24,000 nt of DNA from an uncultured Candidatus Bathyarchaeia archaeon (GCA_964637155.1 CAZWWD010000002.1:29497-53496); one strand, 5' to 3'; numbered from the stretch's first letter, positions 8,144 to 16,238 are shown. Notes: generated by a model not told the origin, from the letters alone. Made by a program: numbers and translations.

Positions 8144-9736
8144 TTACTCCTTATATAGATTTTTACTCATGTATGGACCATCATATGAGTAACCAAATCG
8201 CATATAGTATCGTTTTGTTCCTAAAGCGCTCGTGACAAGAATCTTTTTACAATCCTGCTCAACACTTATTTCTTCAGCCTTCTTCAGTAGGAGTTTACCG
8301 CAACCCTTATGCTGGTATTCTTCACTGGAGCGCTTACCAACTGGAACGAGAGGCCCAAGAACTCGTAATTCCCTAATTATTGAAGCTTTTTTATTGGCTA
8401 TTTCAGGTCTATGAGCCTTACTGGATGGTATTCTTAATCTCAAATATCCGATAAGTACATCATTTATTGGATCCTCAACTGATATAAAGAACTCTTTTCC
8501 TTCAGAAGCTTCATAATCTCTGACTAGGACTTTTATATTTTCTGGGTCCGGCTTAACATGATCCTTCAGCCATCTATGTCCAACTTCACGGCATCTTATA
8601 CATCTACAGCGCATTCCTTTAGCTCTAAGTTTTTTCAGGGCGATTTCCCGTAGGTTACTCATTTTAACACCTGCTTCAATAAGGTAGGCTGGGATGTCCC
8701 TTTGAATACGCATTATTCTAATCCACTCCGGAACCATCTTCTTTATTTCAGCTATTAGCTCAGCTGCCTCCTCAGTCGTGTAAGGTCTATATAATCCTTT
8801 AATCCACCAATCATAAAGCTTGGTTCCCTTAATAACTAGGCACGGGTAAATTTTGAGCATGTCAGGTCTAAACATTGGATCCGAAAAGATCCTTCTAAAG
8901 GCTTCAAGATCTCTATCAAAATCTGATCCCGGTAGACCTGGCATCATGTGATAAACAACTTTTAGGCCTGAATCCTTGAGTATCCTCGTAGCCTCGATAA
9001 CGTCTTTAACTGTGTGACCTCTATTCACTAGAACGTATATGTCATCGTAAATATTTTGAACTCCCAATTCAACTCTAGTTACGCCAAAAGATAACATTCT
9101 ATCTACATGAGGTTCCTTACACCAATCTGGGCGAGTTTCAACGGTTATTCCGACATTTCTAATTCGGCTTACTTCAGCATTCCTTTTAGCTTCTTCAAGC
9201 GAACTAGAGCGGACATCGGTAATCGCGTCTAAACATTCCTTAATGAAGTATTCTTGATAATCTATTGGCATAGCAGGGAAGGTTCCACCCATAATTATTA
9301 ACTCAACCTTATCAACGGTGTGCCCTATGGCTTCAAGCTGCTTAATCCGATGCTTAACCTGCCTATAGGGGTCAAAATCATGCTGTAGACCGCGCATTGC
9401 AGCTGGTTCATGTCCAGTATAGCTTTGCGGAACACCATAGGATGGGCCTCCTGGGCAGTAGGCACATGGCTCCTTTCGTGGGCAGGGCCAAGGTTTGGTC
9501 ATGGCAGCAACTATTGTGACCCCAGAGATTGTTCGAACGGTTTTCCTACGCAGAACTTTCAAGAGTCTTCTTTTTTCTTCAGGTTTCAGGCAGTGTATGA
9601 GCTCAGAGTTTGATGGTATTGTGCTTAAACCATATTTTTCCGCGATCCTAATTTTGGCTACATTAACGTCCTTCAGGGAAGGATTTGGAATGCTCATTAG
9701 GTATTCGATGATTTCTCTGCATATAGTTTTGTCCAT
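8144..9736 (-). CDS. elp3: Elp3-type tRNA uridine(34) modification radical-SAM/GNAT enzyme
   Basis: A radical-SAM cluster motif (CAYCPGG), an Elp3 core and a C-terminal GNAT (QHKGCGKLLLKKAEEIS) are present. The protein is 530 aa. Confidence 0.92.
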   Translation of the reverse strand: MDKTICREIIEYLMSIPNPSLKDVNVAKIRIAEKYGLSTIPSNSELIHCLKPEEKRRLLKVLRRKTVRTISGVTIVAAMTKPWPCPRKEPCAYCPGGPSYGVPQSYTGHEPAAMRGLQHDFDPYRQVKHRIKQLEAIGHTVDKVELIIMGGTFPAMPIDYQEYFIKECLDAITDVRSSSLEEAKRNAEVSRIRNVGITVETRPDWCKEPHVDRMLSFGVTRVELGVQNIYDDIYVLVNRGHTVKDVIEATRILKDSGLKVVYHMMPGLPGSDFDRDLEAFRRIFSDPMFRPDMLKIYPCLVIKGTKLYDWWIKGLYRPYTTEEAAELIAEIKKMVPEWIRIMRIQRDIPAYLIEAGVKMSNLREIALKKLRAKGMRCRCIRCREVGHRWLKDHVKPDPENIKVLVRDYEASEGKEFFISVEDPINDVLIGYLRLRIPSSKAHRPEIANKKASIIRELRVLGPLVPVGKRSSEEYQHKGCGKLLLKKAEEISVEQDCKKILVTSALGTKRYYMRFGYSYDGPYMSKNLYKE

Positions 9737-9879
9737 CAGCTAATTAATGTTAAAGTTAGCGTTATAAACTTACTTGCTTTTTAAATCTTCTAAATTGCTG
9801 ACATTTTAATAAAATTGGGGGAATAATCAAGAATTCGGATTTCTATTTTTATGATTGAATTAAATTATTCAGTAAGTAC

Positions 9880-11421
9880 CTAAGATACGTATTTGTTTAG
9901 GAAACTTCTATGAAGGCGGAAGATTTTTCGAAGCCTCCTACTTAAATTGTTCTGTATTTCCTGTAGCTCTTCATATATTTTGACATTATGTGGTTTAGGT
10001 GAGACAAGAGTGCTTTCATCTACTTCAACATATTGGTCGGTTATTTTCTGTATTGTAGTTTTTTCGCCCACATAATTGCGATAGGCCCATATTGCTTGAA
10101 GCGCTGCGCCGTATGCCGCGCCTTCATCGATCTTTAGACAGACAACATCCGTGTTAAATATGTCTGCTGCGATCTGCCGCCAAACTCTATTCTTTGATCC
10201 TCCGCCAGTAAGCCTAATCTGTTTGGGATTTATTCCAAGCTCTCTCATTCTGTTTAGACCATAGTTCATTCCCAGAGTCACGCCCTCCATCGATGCTCTA
10301 GCAAGATGGGCTACATTAAAGGTTCTGCTATTTAAACCAAAAAACACACCTGTTCCATCAGGAACATTTGGCGTTCTCTCCCCCTCAAAGTATGGTAGAA
10401 GTATCAATCCCTCCGATCCTGCTGGCACACTTTCAATAGCTTCGGTCATCTCCTCGTGAGTCATATTGAATAAATTTCTGATGAACTCCGTTGCAACCGT
10501 AACATTCATTGTGCAAAGCAGGGGTAGCCAAGCGTTTGTTGAATCGCAGAAAGCAGCTATCTCGCCCTTCGGGTCAATTACTGGTACATCAGAGTAAGCG
10601 TAAATCGTGCCAGATGTTCCGAAACTGGCAGTCACGATCCCCTTTCTCGTGTTTCCGGTTCCAATCGCCCCCATCATGTTATCCCCTCCGCCAGCGCTGA
10701 CCAGTACATCATCTCTGAAACCAAATAGTTCAGCGACCTCTTTTCTGACAAAGCCCACCGGCTTATCGGAGCTTTGTAATGGTGGAAGTTTTTCCTCTAG
10801 GTTGGGATCAATAGCTTCAAGAACCTCCTTACACCAAGTTCTTGTTCTAACATTCATGAGCGCTGTTCCAGAGGCGTCACCATACTCCATAACTTTTCTG
10901 CCCGTAAGATAGAAGTTTAAGTAATCATGTGGAAGAAGAATCGTTTTAAGACGTTTATAATTCCATGGTTCATTTCGTTTAAGCCAGAGAATCTTTGGCG
11001 CTGTAAAACCAGGTGGAATTGAAAGACCGAGCAGCTCGATAACTCTTTTTAATCCGCCAAGTTTTCTAACTAAATATTCGCTTTCTTTAAGGGTGCTTGT
11101 GTCATTCCATAATTTGGCTGGTCTAATAACTCTTCCATGCTCATCCAAAGGAACTAACCCATGTTGCTGCCCAGAAACGCCTATTGCTCTAACATCTTTT
11201 GGATCAATTCCAGAATTCTTTATAGCTTTTTTAACCGTATTGATTAATGCATCAATCCATATAGCTGGATCCTGCTCTTTATGTCCGGGAGGCAGTCCCT
11301 CTACGAATTTATGTTCTTTTGTCGCTTTTCCTAAAACCTTGCCCGTCTCACCGTCTACGATTATTGTTTTTGTGCTTTGGGTGCCATTATCAATTCCGAT
11401 GAAATATTCTTTTTTGCTCAT
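9880..11421 (-). CDS. xylB: Xylulokinase (FGGY carbohydrate kinase)
   Basis: There is close motif-by-motif similarity to E. coli XylB as I recall it: GIDNGTQSTK, PGFTAPKILWLKRNEP, LLPHDYL, GGGDNMMGAIGTG, FGTSGT, LPYFEGERTP, GVFFGL, LTGGGSKN. I prefer the ATG at 11421 (MSKKEYFIGID). The ORF track extends to GTG at 11445. Confidence 0.85.
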   Translation of the reverse strand: MSKKEYFIGIDNGTQSTKTIIVDGETGKVLGKATKEHKFVEGLPPGHKEQDPAIWIDALINTVKKAIKNSGIDPKDVRAIGVSGQQHGLVPLDEHGRVIRPAKLWNDTSTLKESEYLVRKLGGLKRVIELLGLSIPPGFTAPKILWLKRNEPWNYKRLKTILLPHDYLNFYLTGRKVMEYGDASGTALMNVRTRTWCKEVLEAIDPNLEEKLPPLQSSDKPVGFVRKEVAELFGFRDDVLVSAGGGDNMMGAIGTGNTRKGIVTASFGTSGTIYAYSDVPVIDPKGEIAAFCDSTNAWLPLLCTMNVTVATEFIRNLFNMTHEEMTEAIESVPAGSEGLILLPYFEGERTPNVPDGTGVFFGLNSRTFNVAHLARASMEGVTLGMNYGLNRMRELGINPKQIRLTGGGSKNRVWRQIAADIFNTDVVCLKIDEGAAYGAALQAIWAYRNYVGEKTTIQKITDQYVEVDESTLVSPKPHNVKIYEELQEIQNNLSRRLRKIFRLHRSFLNKYVS

Positions 11422-11516
11422 TCCTCGAAGAATACCTCCTTCCACAATTTTTCGCTAGAAAGGAGTTTTCTACAATAAAATTATTATAAGCAAAGTTTTC
11501 ATATTTTAGCATTAAT

Positions 11517-12251
11517 ATGGAAATGTTGATTTCACTATCGATCCTAGAGTATGAACCAGAGCTGTCGAAGAACATAAATAGTCTAGAGAATACTAAGGCT
11601 TTTTTAGAAATAATGAAACTCATAGAAACCGGGGAGATACATGATATTCACATAGATGTCATGAGGCCGCCGATGATACCTAATAAGAATAAATTTTCAA
11701 TTCCCCTCATAAGAAAGTTATACGAAGAACTTTGCGGGAAAATTCCCATAACTTTACATTTGATGGTTAATGACCCCTTTGAAATAGTAAATGAAGCTAA
11801 TAAATTCATAGAGGGAAAGAATAGAACTGAAGTAACTATCATAATTCAAGTTGAATCCTTTAATTCAGAGAATGAAACCATAAAAGCGATCAAAACGATA
11901 AAAGAATACGGTTATAAAGTTGGAGTGTGCCTAAATCTTCCAACACCCAAAGATAGATTAACTGATGCTATCGCCAGCAACGCGGACATCATCTTATTCA
12001 TGACTGTTCCCATGGGAGCTGGCGGACAAAAATTTCATGAAGAATCTATTCCAAGAATCAGAGAGTTCTTCGAGAGATTTCCAAACAAAATCATTAAGGT
12101 TGATGGAGGCATAAATCCGGATACAATAATTAAAGTTTGGAAAGCTGGTGCAAGAATCTCTGTAGTTGGTTCATATATAACTGCTAGCGAGGATCCGGTG
12201 AAATCTCTACTAAACCTTAAAAAAGTATTACAAACTTACACCAAGGATTAA
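11517..12251 (+). CDS. Ribulose-phosphate 3-epimerase family protein (divergent)
   Basis: RPE landmarks are retained: HIDVM..IPN, LHLMV, FMTVPMGAGGQKF and VDGGI. By position these correspond to the His/Asp/His/Asp metal ligands. The canonical MDGHF is replaced by MRPPM. Confidence 0.7.
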   Translation: MEMLISLSILEYEPELSKNINSLENTKAFLEIMKLIETGEIHDIHIDVMRPPMIPNKNKFSIPLIRKLYEELCGKIPITLHLMVNDPFEIVNEANKFIEGKNRTEVTIIIQVESFNSENETIKAIKTIKEYGYKVGVCLNLPTPKDRLTDAIASNADIILFMTVPMGAGGQKFHEESIPRIREFFERFPNKIIKVDGGINPDTIIKVWKAGARISVVGSYITASEDPVKSLLNLKKVLQTYTKD

Positions 12252-12267
12252 AAATTTTTCATTTTTA

Positions 12268-13320
12268 TTAAGGAATTCTCTGAGTGGTCTTTGTTTTGTA
12301 GCCTTGTTCAGTGTTGATGGTGATCGCTATTTTTTCACCACGATATGCAAACCAATTCCACTCGCACATAAAGGATATGGTTGAATTTTTATTAAGAACA
12401 TATGGGAGATTCGGTGTTATTTTCTCCGGTTTTATAACCGTGCCATTTTCTAATGTAATGCTTATATCCGTGATTTTCAGCGCTATTAGAGAGTTTTCGG
12501 AATTAGCTACTATTAACTTAAAGTGGGATGGGTCAGTTAAATTGAAATCAGCTTTCTGAATAGTGAAAACAGCATAGGTTGGCACAATGTGCTTCTTTTC
12601 TGCAAAATAACCTTCTTCCGTATTAATTACTAACTTTATACTCTCACCCTGATAGTCAACCCATCTCCATGTGCAAGCAAGATTAATGGAACCATTGGGT
12701 TCAAGATTGATTGGCAAGACAGGTTTGGCGGTCACCTTATGGATCGAATTATCTACAATTATATTTACTTCCGTTAAGGTAACATTAGTGGCTGATAGAT
12801 CTGAGTTAGTCACCGTAATATTAAAGCTGTCTCCAAGTTCCGGATCAAATGTGATGTCTGCAACGATTATCTTTGTTAGGGGTAAAGTTACCTGAAAAGA
12901 ACCTCCGGAACCATCTTCAACCAACACTATTATATTAACCGTCTGCCCCGTATAATTTACCCAATCCCAAGAACATTTAAACGTTTTCGATTCACCTGGA
13001 TTTAAAGTGTAGCCCTCCTCCAGTATGTTAGGGTTCGTCGAAGTTATATGGTGAATTCTATTGTCTTCAGTTAAAACTTGAATGCCCAGTATTTTTGTTT
13101 CTTTGGGGGAGAAGGAGGGATTAAGGATGCTGATGTTAAAGAATGATGGATCCTTGGCTGAAACCGTAAAATCATATACGTATACTACTGGTTTGTCAGG
13201 GATATTCAATTCTAATGAAACATAGTAACCTACAACCCACAAGTATGAGAGCAGAGCTCCAACCGTGAAAACGGCTACTAAAATCGCGGCGAACAATAAC
13301 TTGCTCATGTTTAGTCCCAT
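12268..13320 (-). CDS. Membrane-anchored extracellular protein with three tandem ~100-aa repeats (uncharacterised)
   Basis: GGGAG precedes the ATG, and there is an N-terminal hydrophobic anchor (LLFAAILVAVFTVGALLSYLWVV). Three repeats each end in a C-x-W-x-W-x(2)-Y-x-G motif (KCSWDWVNYTG, ACTWRWVDYQG, MCEWNWFAYRG). I count about 8 N-x-S/T sequons. Confidence 0.7.
   Translation of the reverse strand: MGLNMSKLLFAAILVAVFTVGALLSYLWVVGYYVSLELNIPDKPVVYVYDFTVSAKDPSFFNISILNPSFSPKETKILGIQVLTEDNRIHHITSTNPNILEEGYTLNPGESKTFKCSWDWVNYTGQTVNIIVLVEDGSGGSFQVTLPLTKIIVADITFDPELGDSFNITVTNSDLSATNVTLTEVNIIVDNSIHKVTAKPVLPINLEPNGSINLACTWRWVDYQGESIKLVINTEEGYFAEKKHIVPTYAVFTIQKADFNLTDPSHFKLIVANSENSLIALKITDISITLENGTVIKPEKITPNLPYVLNKNSTISFMCEWNWFAYRGEKIAITINTEQGYKTKTTQRIP
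12271..12579 (-). repeat. Protein-level repeat 3 (aa ~248-350)
   Basis: It contains HFKLIVANSE...LNKNSTISFMCEWNWFAYRGEKIAITI. The motif sits 103 aa after that of repeat 2. Confidence 0.6.
12580..12885 (-). repeat. Protein-level repeat 2 (aa ~146-247)
   Basis: It contains SFNITVTNSD...LEPNGSINLACTWRWVDYQGESIKLVI. The Cys/Trp/Trp/Tyr/Gly positions sit exactly 100 aa after those of repeat 1. Confidence 0.6.
12886..13188 (-). repeat. Protein-level repeat 1 (aa ~45-145) of the triple-repeat surface protein
   Basis: It contains FFNISILNPS...LNPGESKTFKCSWDWVNYTGQTVNIIV. Boundaries are approximate. Confidence 0.6.
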
Positions 13321-13469
13321 CAGCTTCTCCCTTCTTAAATTCAGAGGTATATCTTAGAGCCAAGATCTACGCATATTAGCAAGCATATAATAGCAAGAAT
13401 CGGTGTTTTAATCTATTAAATTTAGCGCTTTGAAGGTCAATTTAATTTACTATAATCGTATTTGAGTGA

Positions 13470-13721
13470 TTATTTGAATGATCTTAGAAAGTTTTCCAGC
13501 CTTTCTAATCTCATGTTAGTCGCATTTAAGGCTTTTTGCAATTCGCTCAATTGATTCTTAAGAATATTTATTTCACTCTGTAGACCCTCAATTCGATTCT
13601 CGATCTTCTTTATGTCCTCAAGCGAAGCAACATCATAACCTTCAACTACACCTCTAATAACAACCTTATGGGAACGGTATGAGGGTTCTTTTCCTTCTTT
13701 AGTCACGGACATGAAAAACAT
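13470..13721 (-). CDS. Small (83 aa) coiled-coil protein, function unknown
   Basis: AAGGAG lies 4 nt (TGTG) before the ATG at 13721, while the track start TTG at 13751 is less likely. The C-terminal ~45 aa form a heptad-like Leu/Ile zipper (LEDIKKIENRIEGLQSEINILKNQLSELQKALNATNMRLERLENFL). It is preceded by a short beta-like KVVIRGVVEG. Confidence 0.5.
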   Translation of the reverse strand: MFFMSVTKEGKEPSYRSHKVVIRGVVEGYDVASLEDIKKIENRIEGLQSEINILKNQLSELQKALNATNMRLERLENFLRSFK

Positions 13722-13830
13722 CACACTCCTTAATAAAATACAGAAGAGCAATAGACAATAAATAATTTTTGGCTATCAGAAATAAGCGAATGAAAACTTT
13801 ATTAGCATGTAACATTTCTTTTTAGGTATT

Positions 13831-13899
13831 TATGGCGGGTGAGTGGGGGCCCACCTCCACCCGTTCCGCCATATAAACCCCGGTGTAGGAGGTGGATGA
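13831..13899 (+). promoter_or_regulatory. GC-rich structured 5' leader with an anti-SD / SD alternative pairing, upstream of the QueT-like gene (candidate riboswitch or RNA thermometer)
   Basis: TATGGCGG (13831-13838) is perfectly complementary to CCGCCATA (13866-13873). Inner pairings are GGGTG/CACCC and GTGG/CCAC. CCACCTCC (13851-13858) is the exact reverse complement of the SD GGAGGTGG (13888-13895), which lies 4 nt before ATG 13900. By my count, 29 of the 37 nt in 13834-13870 are G+C, within an AT-rich spacer. Confidence 0.45.
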
Positions 13900-14391
13900 A
13901 TGAAGTTTAGTAGTAAAGAGCTAGCATTAACTGCGATTTTCGCCGCAATGTATGCTATTGGCGTTATTTTCTTGGCGCCTATAAGCTTCGGGATCTATCA
14001 AGTTAGGATCGCTGATGCCTTATTGCCCTTATCAATTATTTTCGGTTTCCCAGCGGTTATCGGCTTAAGCTTGGGCTGCCTTATTGCAAATATTTATGGC
14101 AACCTATCGATCATCGATATTTTTGGTGGGGCGATTGCAAATTTTGTAGCCTGCGCTCTAGCATGGTTTATTGGCAGAAATGGAGTTACGCGTAGATTTA
14201 TAGGCTGTCTTATTGAAACCGCCGTCATAACCATAATAGTTGGAGGATATCTGTCAATTATTTTCGAGGTGCCCGTTGAGGTTAGCTTACTTGGAGTTTT
14301 CATAGGTTCTCTAATAGCAATTAACATTCTAGGCTTCGCACTTTTAGAGGGATTACTTCGAAGCGGCATAGCGGAAAAATATAGAGCCTGA
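13900..14391 (+). CDS. queT: QueT-family (7-deazaguanine/queuosine-precursor) ECF-type S-component-like membrane protein
   Basis: The 163-aa protein is very hydrophobic, with about 5 TM segments. LAPISFGIYQVRIADALLPL and IDIFGGAIANFVA resemble the QueT (PF06177) signature as I remember it (SFG..Q.RI.EAL; D...G). A strong SD is present. Confidence 0.6.
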   Translation: MKFSSKELALTAIFAAMYAIGVIFLAPISFGIYQVRIADALLPLSIIFGFPAVIGLSLGCLIANIYGNLSIIDIFGGAIANFVACALAWFIGRNGVTRRFIGCLIETAVITIIVGGYLSIIFEVPVEVSLLGVFIGSLIAINILGFALLEGLLRSGIAEKYRA

Positions 14392-14399
14392 GAATTAGG

Positions 14400-16238
14400 C
14401 TATTTCACATAATAGTATTGCCCAATTTTTTTCTGATATTTATCAAGCCTTGAGTCTTCCTTGTTTACTCGGGGCCTCTTTGTATCCGGATCTCTCCGGA
14501 AGGTTATGTTCATTTCTTTCAGAAACATGTTCATTCCATCAAGCAGATTTGTTGGAGCCTTTGCTATTCCGTAAACGCCAGGTTCGCCAGTGAATATCAT
14601 AAGTCTATCAGCTATGAAGTCTTGAGCAACAATATCATGTTCGACAACAAAAGCTGTAACATTCTTTTCTTCAACCACCCGCCTTATCGTTTTCGCCATA
14701 GCTAATCTCTCCTCAACATCTAAGTACGCGCTTGGTTCATCTAGAAGATATAAATCGGCTTCTCGCGAGAGACAAGCCGCTATGGCAACTTTCTGAAGTT
14801 CGCCGCCGCTTAATTCTTTAACTTTTCTATCGAATAGGGGACTCAGGTTAAGGGGGTTGATTATTTCGGTTTGATACCAGCTGGATGAAAATTGCTCTTT
14901 AGCTACCGTTCTGAGAAGTTCTTCAACTGTTCCCTCATATTCTGTTGAGATATATTGGGGCTTATAGCTAACCTTAAGGGTGTTCTCCGTGGGCGGTGAA
15001 CCATGATCAGGTTTCTCTATTCCTGCCAAAATTTTAATGAATGTTGTCTTACCGATCCCGTTTGGACCTAATATGCCTATTACTTCGCCAGCTCTCGCGT
15101 CACCCTCCTCAATTTTCAGGGTGAAGCTTTCATACGTTTTACTTATTTCATTCCACTTAAGGATTGGCACATTTGTGGATGAACCGGCTAGTGGCGGCTT
15201 AACGTGAAATCTTATTGGTTCTTTTCTGAAGCGCATGTTCTCGTCTGGAATGAACCCATTAAGGTATATGTTTATTCCAGTTCTAACACTGTGAACATGT
15301 GAGACTATTCCATAGACACCTGGCTTACCATAAAAAACACATACTTGATCTGAAAGATAATCCAGTACAGCTAGGTCGTGCTCGGCGACGATAATAATTT
15401 TGTTATCTTCTTTTAGACTTCTTATAACTTTAGCGGCTTCAAGCCTCTGCTTAACGTCCAGATAGCTGGAAGGTTCGTCAAAAAGATATACGTCGGCATC
15501 ACGGCAAACAGCAGCCGCTATCGCCACTCTCTGAAGCTCACCGCCGCTTAAAACATCTAAGGTTCTATCCCAAACAACTTTAAGCTGAAGTCTCTCAGAA
15601 ATTTCGTCTAGTTTGCCTCTTTCGTCCACGCGTTCAAGTATTTCCCCAACCTTCCCTTTCACTGCGCTGGGTATCTTATCAACATACTGTGGCTTATGGA
15701 CAACCTTGAGTTCCCCATTACTTAACTTTTGGAAATAGGTTTGAAGGGTTGATCCCCTAAAATACCGTATGATCTCAGACCAGTCCGGGGGATCATCGTA
15801 TCTTTCGAGGTTCGGCTTAATTTCTCCAGAAAATATTTTGAGCGCGGTTGATTTTCCAATACCATTCTGTCCAAGTAGGCCAAGCACTATTCCCGGGGAT
15901 GGAACAGGTAGACGGAATAGCTTGAAGGCATTTGGGCCAAATCTATGGACGCAATCCTCCTTAAGTTCTTCTGGGACATTAACAATAGATATTGCCTTAA
16001 AAGGGCATTTCTTAACGCATATACCGCAGCCAGTGCAGAGAATCTCTGATATGACTGGTTTATTGTTTTCGAATCTTATAGCTTCAACTCTACTTCTAAC
16101 CTGTGGGCAGAATCGATAGCATGCCCTATCGCATCGCGTAGGCTTGCATTTGTCGAGGTCTATGACGGCTATTCTAATGTTGATCTTCCTCCTAAAAATG
16201 TAAGAGGGTATAAGGCAGGTAATAAATTTGCCTCTCAC
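14400..16238 (-). CDS. abce1: ABCE1 / RNase L inhibitor-type ribosome recycling ATPase
   Basis: The N-terminal 2x[4Fe-4S] domain is present (RIAVIDLDKCKPTRCDRACYRFCP ... CTGCGICVKKCPFKAISIVN). There are two ABC modules (GLLGQNGIGKST, LSGGELQRVAIA, LFDEPSSYLD; GILGPNGIGKTT, LSGGELQKVAIA, LLDEPSAYLD). The track start is GTG at 16238. An ATT at 16178 preceded by AGGAGG is an alternative start (see findings). Confidence 0.93.
   Translation of the reverse strand: MRGKFITCLIPSYIFRRKINIRIAVIDLDKCKPTRCDRACYRFCPQVRSRVEAIRFENNKPVISEILCTGCGICVKKCPFKAISIVNVPEELKEDCVHRFGPNAFKLFRLPVPSPGIVLGLLGQNGIGKSTALKIFSGEIKPNLERYDDPPDWSEIIRYFRGSTLQTYFQKLSNGELKVVHKPQYVDKIPSAVKGKVGEILERVDERGKLDEISERLQLKVVWDRTLDVLSGGELQRVAIAAAVCRDADVYLFDEPSSYLDVKQRLEAAKVIRSLKEDNKIIIVAEHDLAVLDYLSDQVCVFYGKPGVYGIVSHVHSVRTGINIYLNGFIPDENMRFRKEPIRFHVKPPLAGSSTNVPILKWNEISKTYESFTLKIEEGDARAGEVIGILGPNGIGKTTFIKILAGIEKPDHGSPPTENTLKVSYKPQYISTEYEGTVEELLRTVAKEQFSSSWYQTEIINPLNLSPLFDRKVKELSGGELQKVAIAACLSREADLYLLDEPSAYLDVEERLAMAKTIRRVVEEKNVTAFVVEHDIVAQDFIADRLMIFTGEPGVYGIAKAPTNLLDGMNMFLKEMNITFRRDPDTKRPRVNKEDSRLDKYQKKIGQYYYVK

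Noticed and set aside
11093-11458. 121-aa plus-strand ORF antisense to the 5' end of xylB
   Set aside because: The product is Pro/Ser/Cys-rich and low-complexity, which is typical of the antisense frame of a conserved gene. No start context supports it.
13831-13873. GC-rich hairpin considered as a tRNA or tRNA fragment
   Set aside because: It is only about 43 nt long. It has no cloverleaf, no T-loop (GTTCRANYC) or D-loop consensus, and no plausible anticodon arm. Its position abutting an SD favours a cis-regulatory leader.
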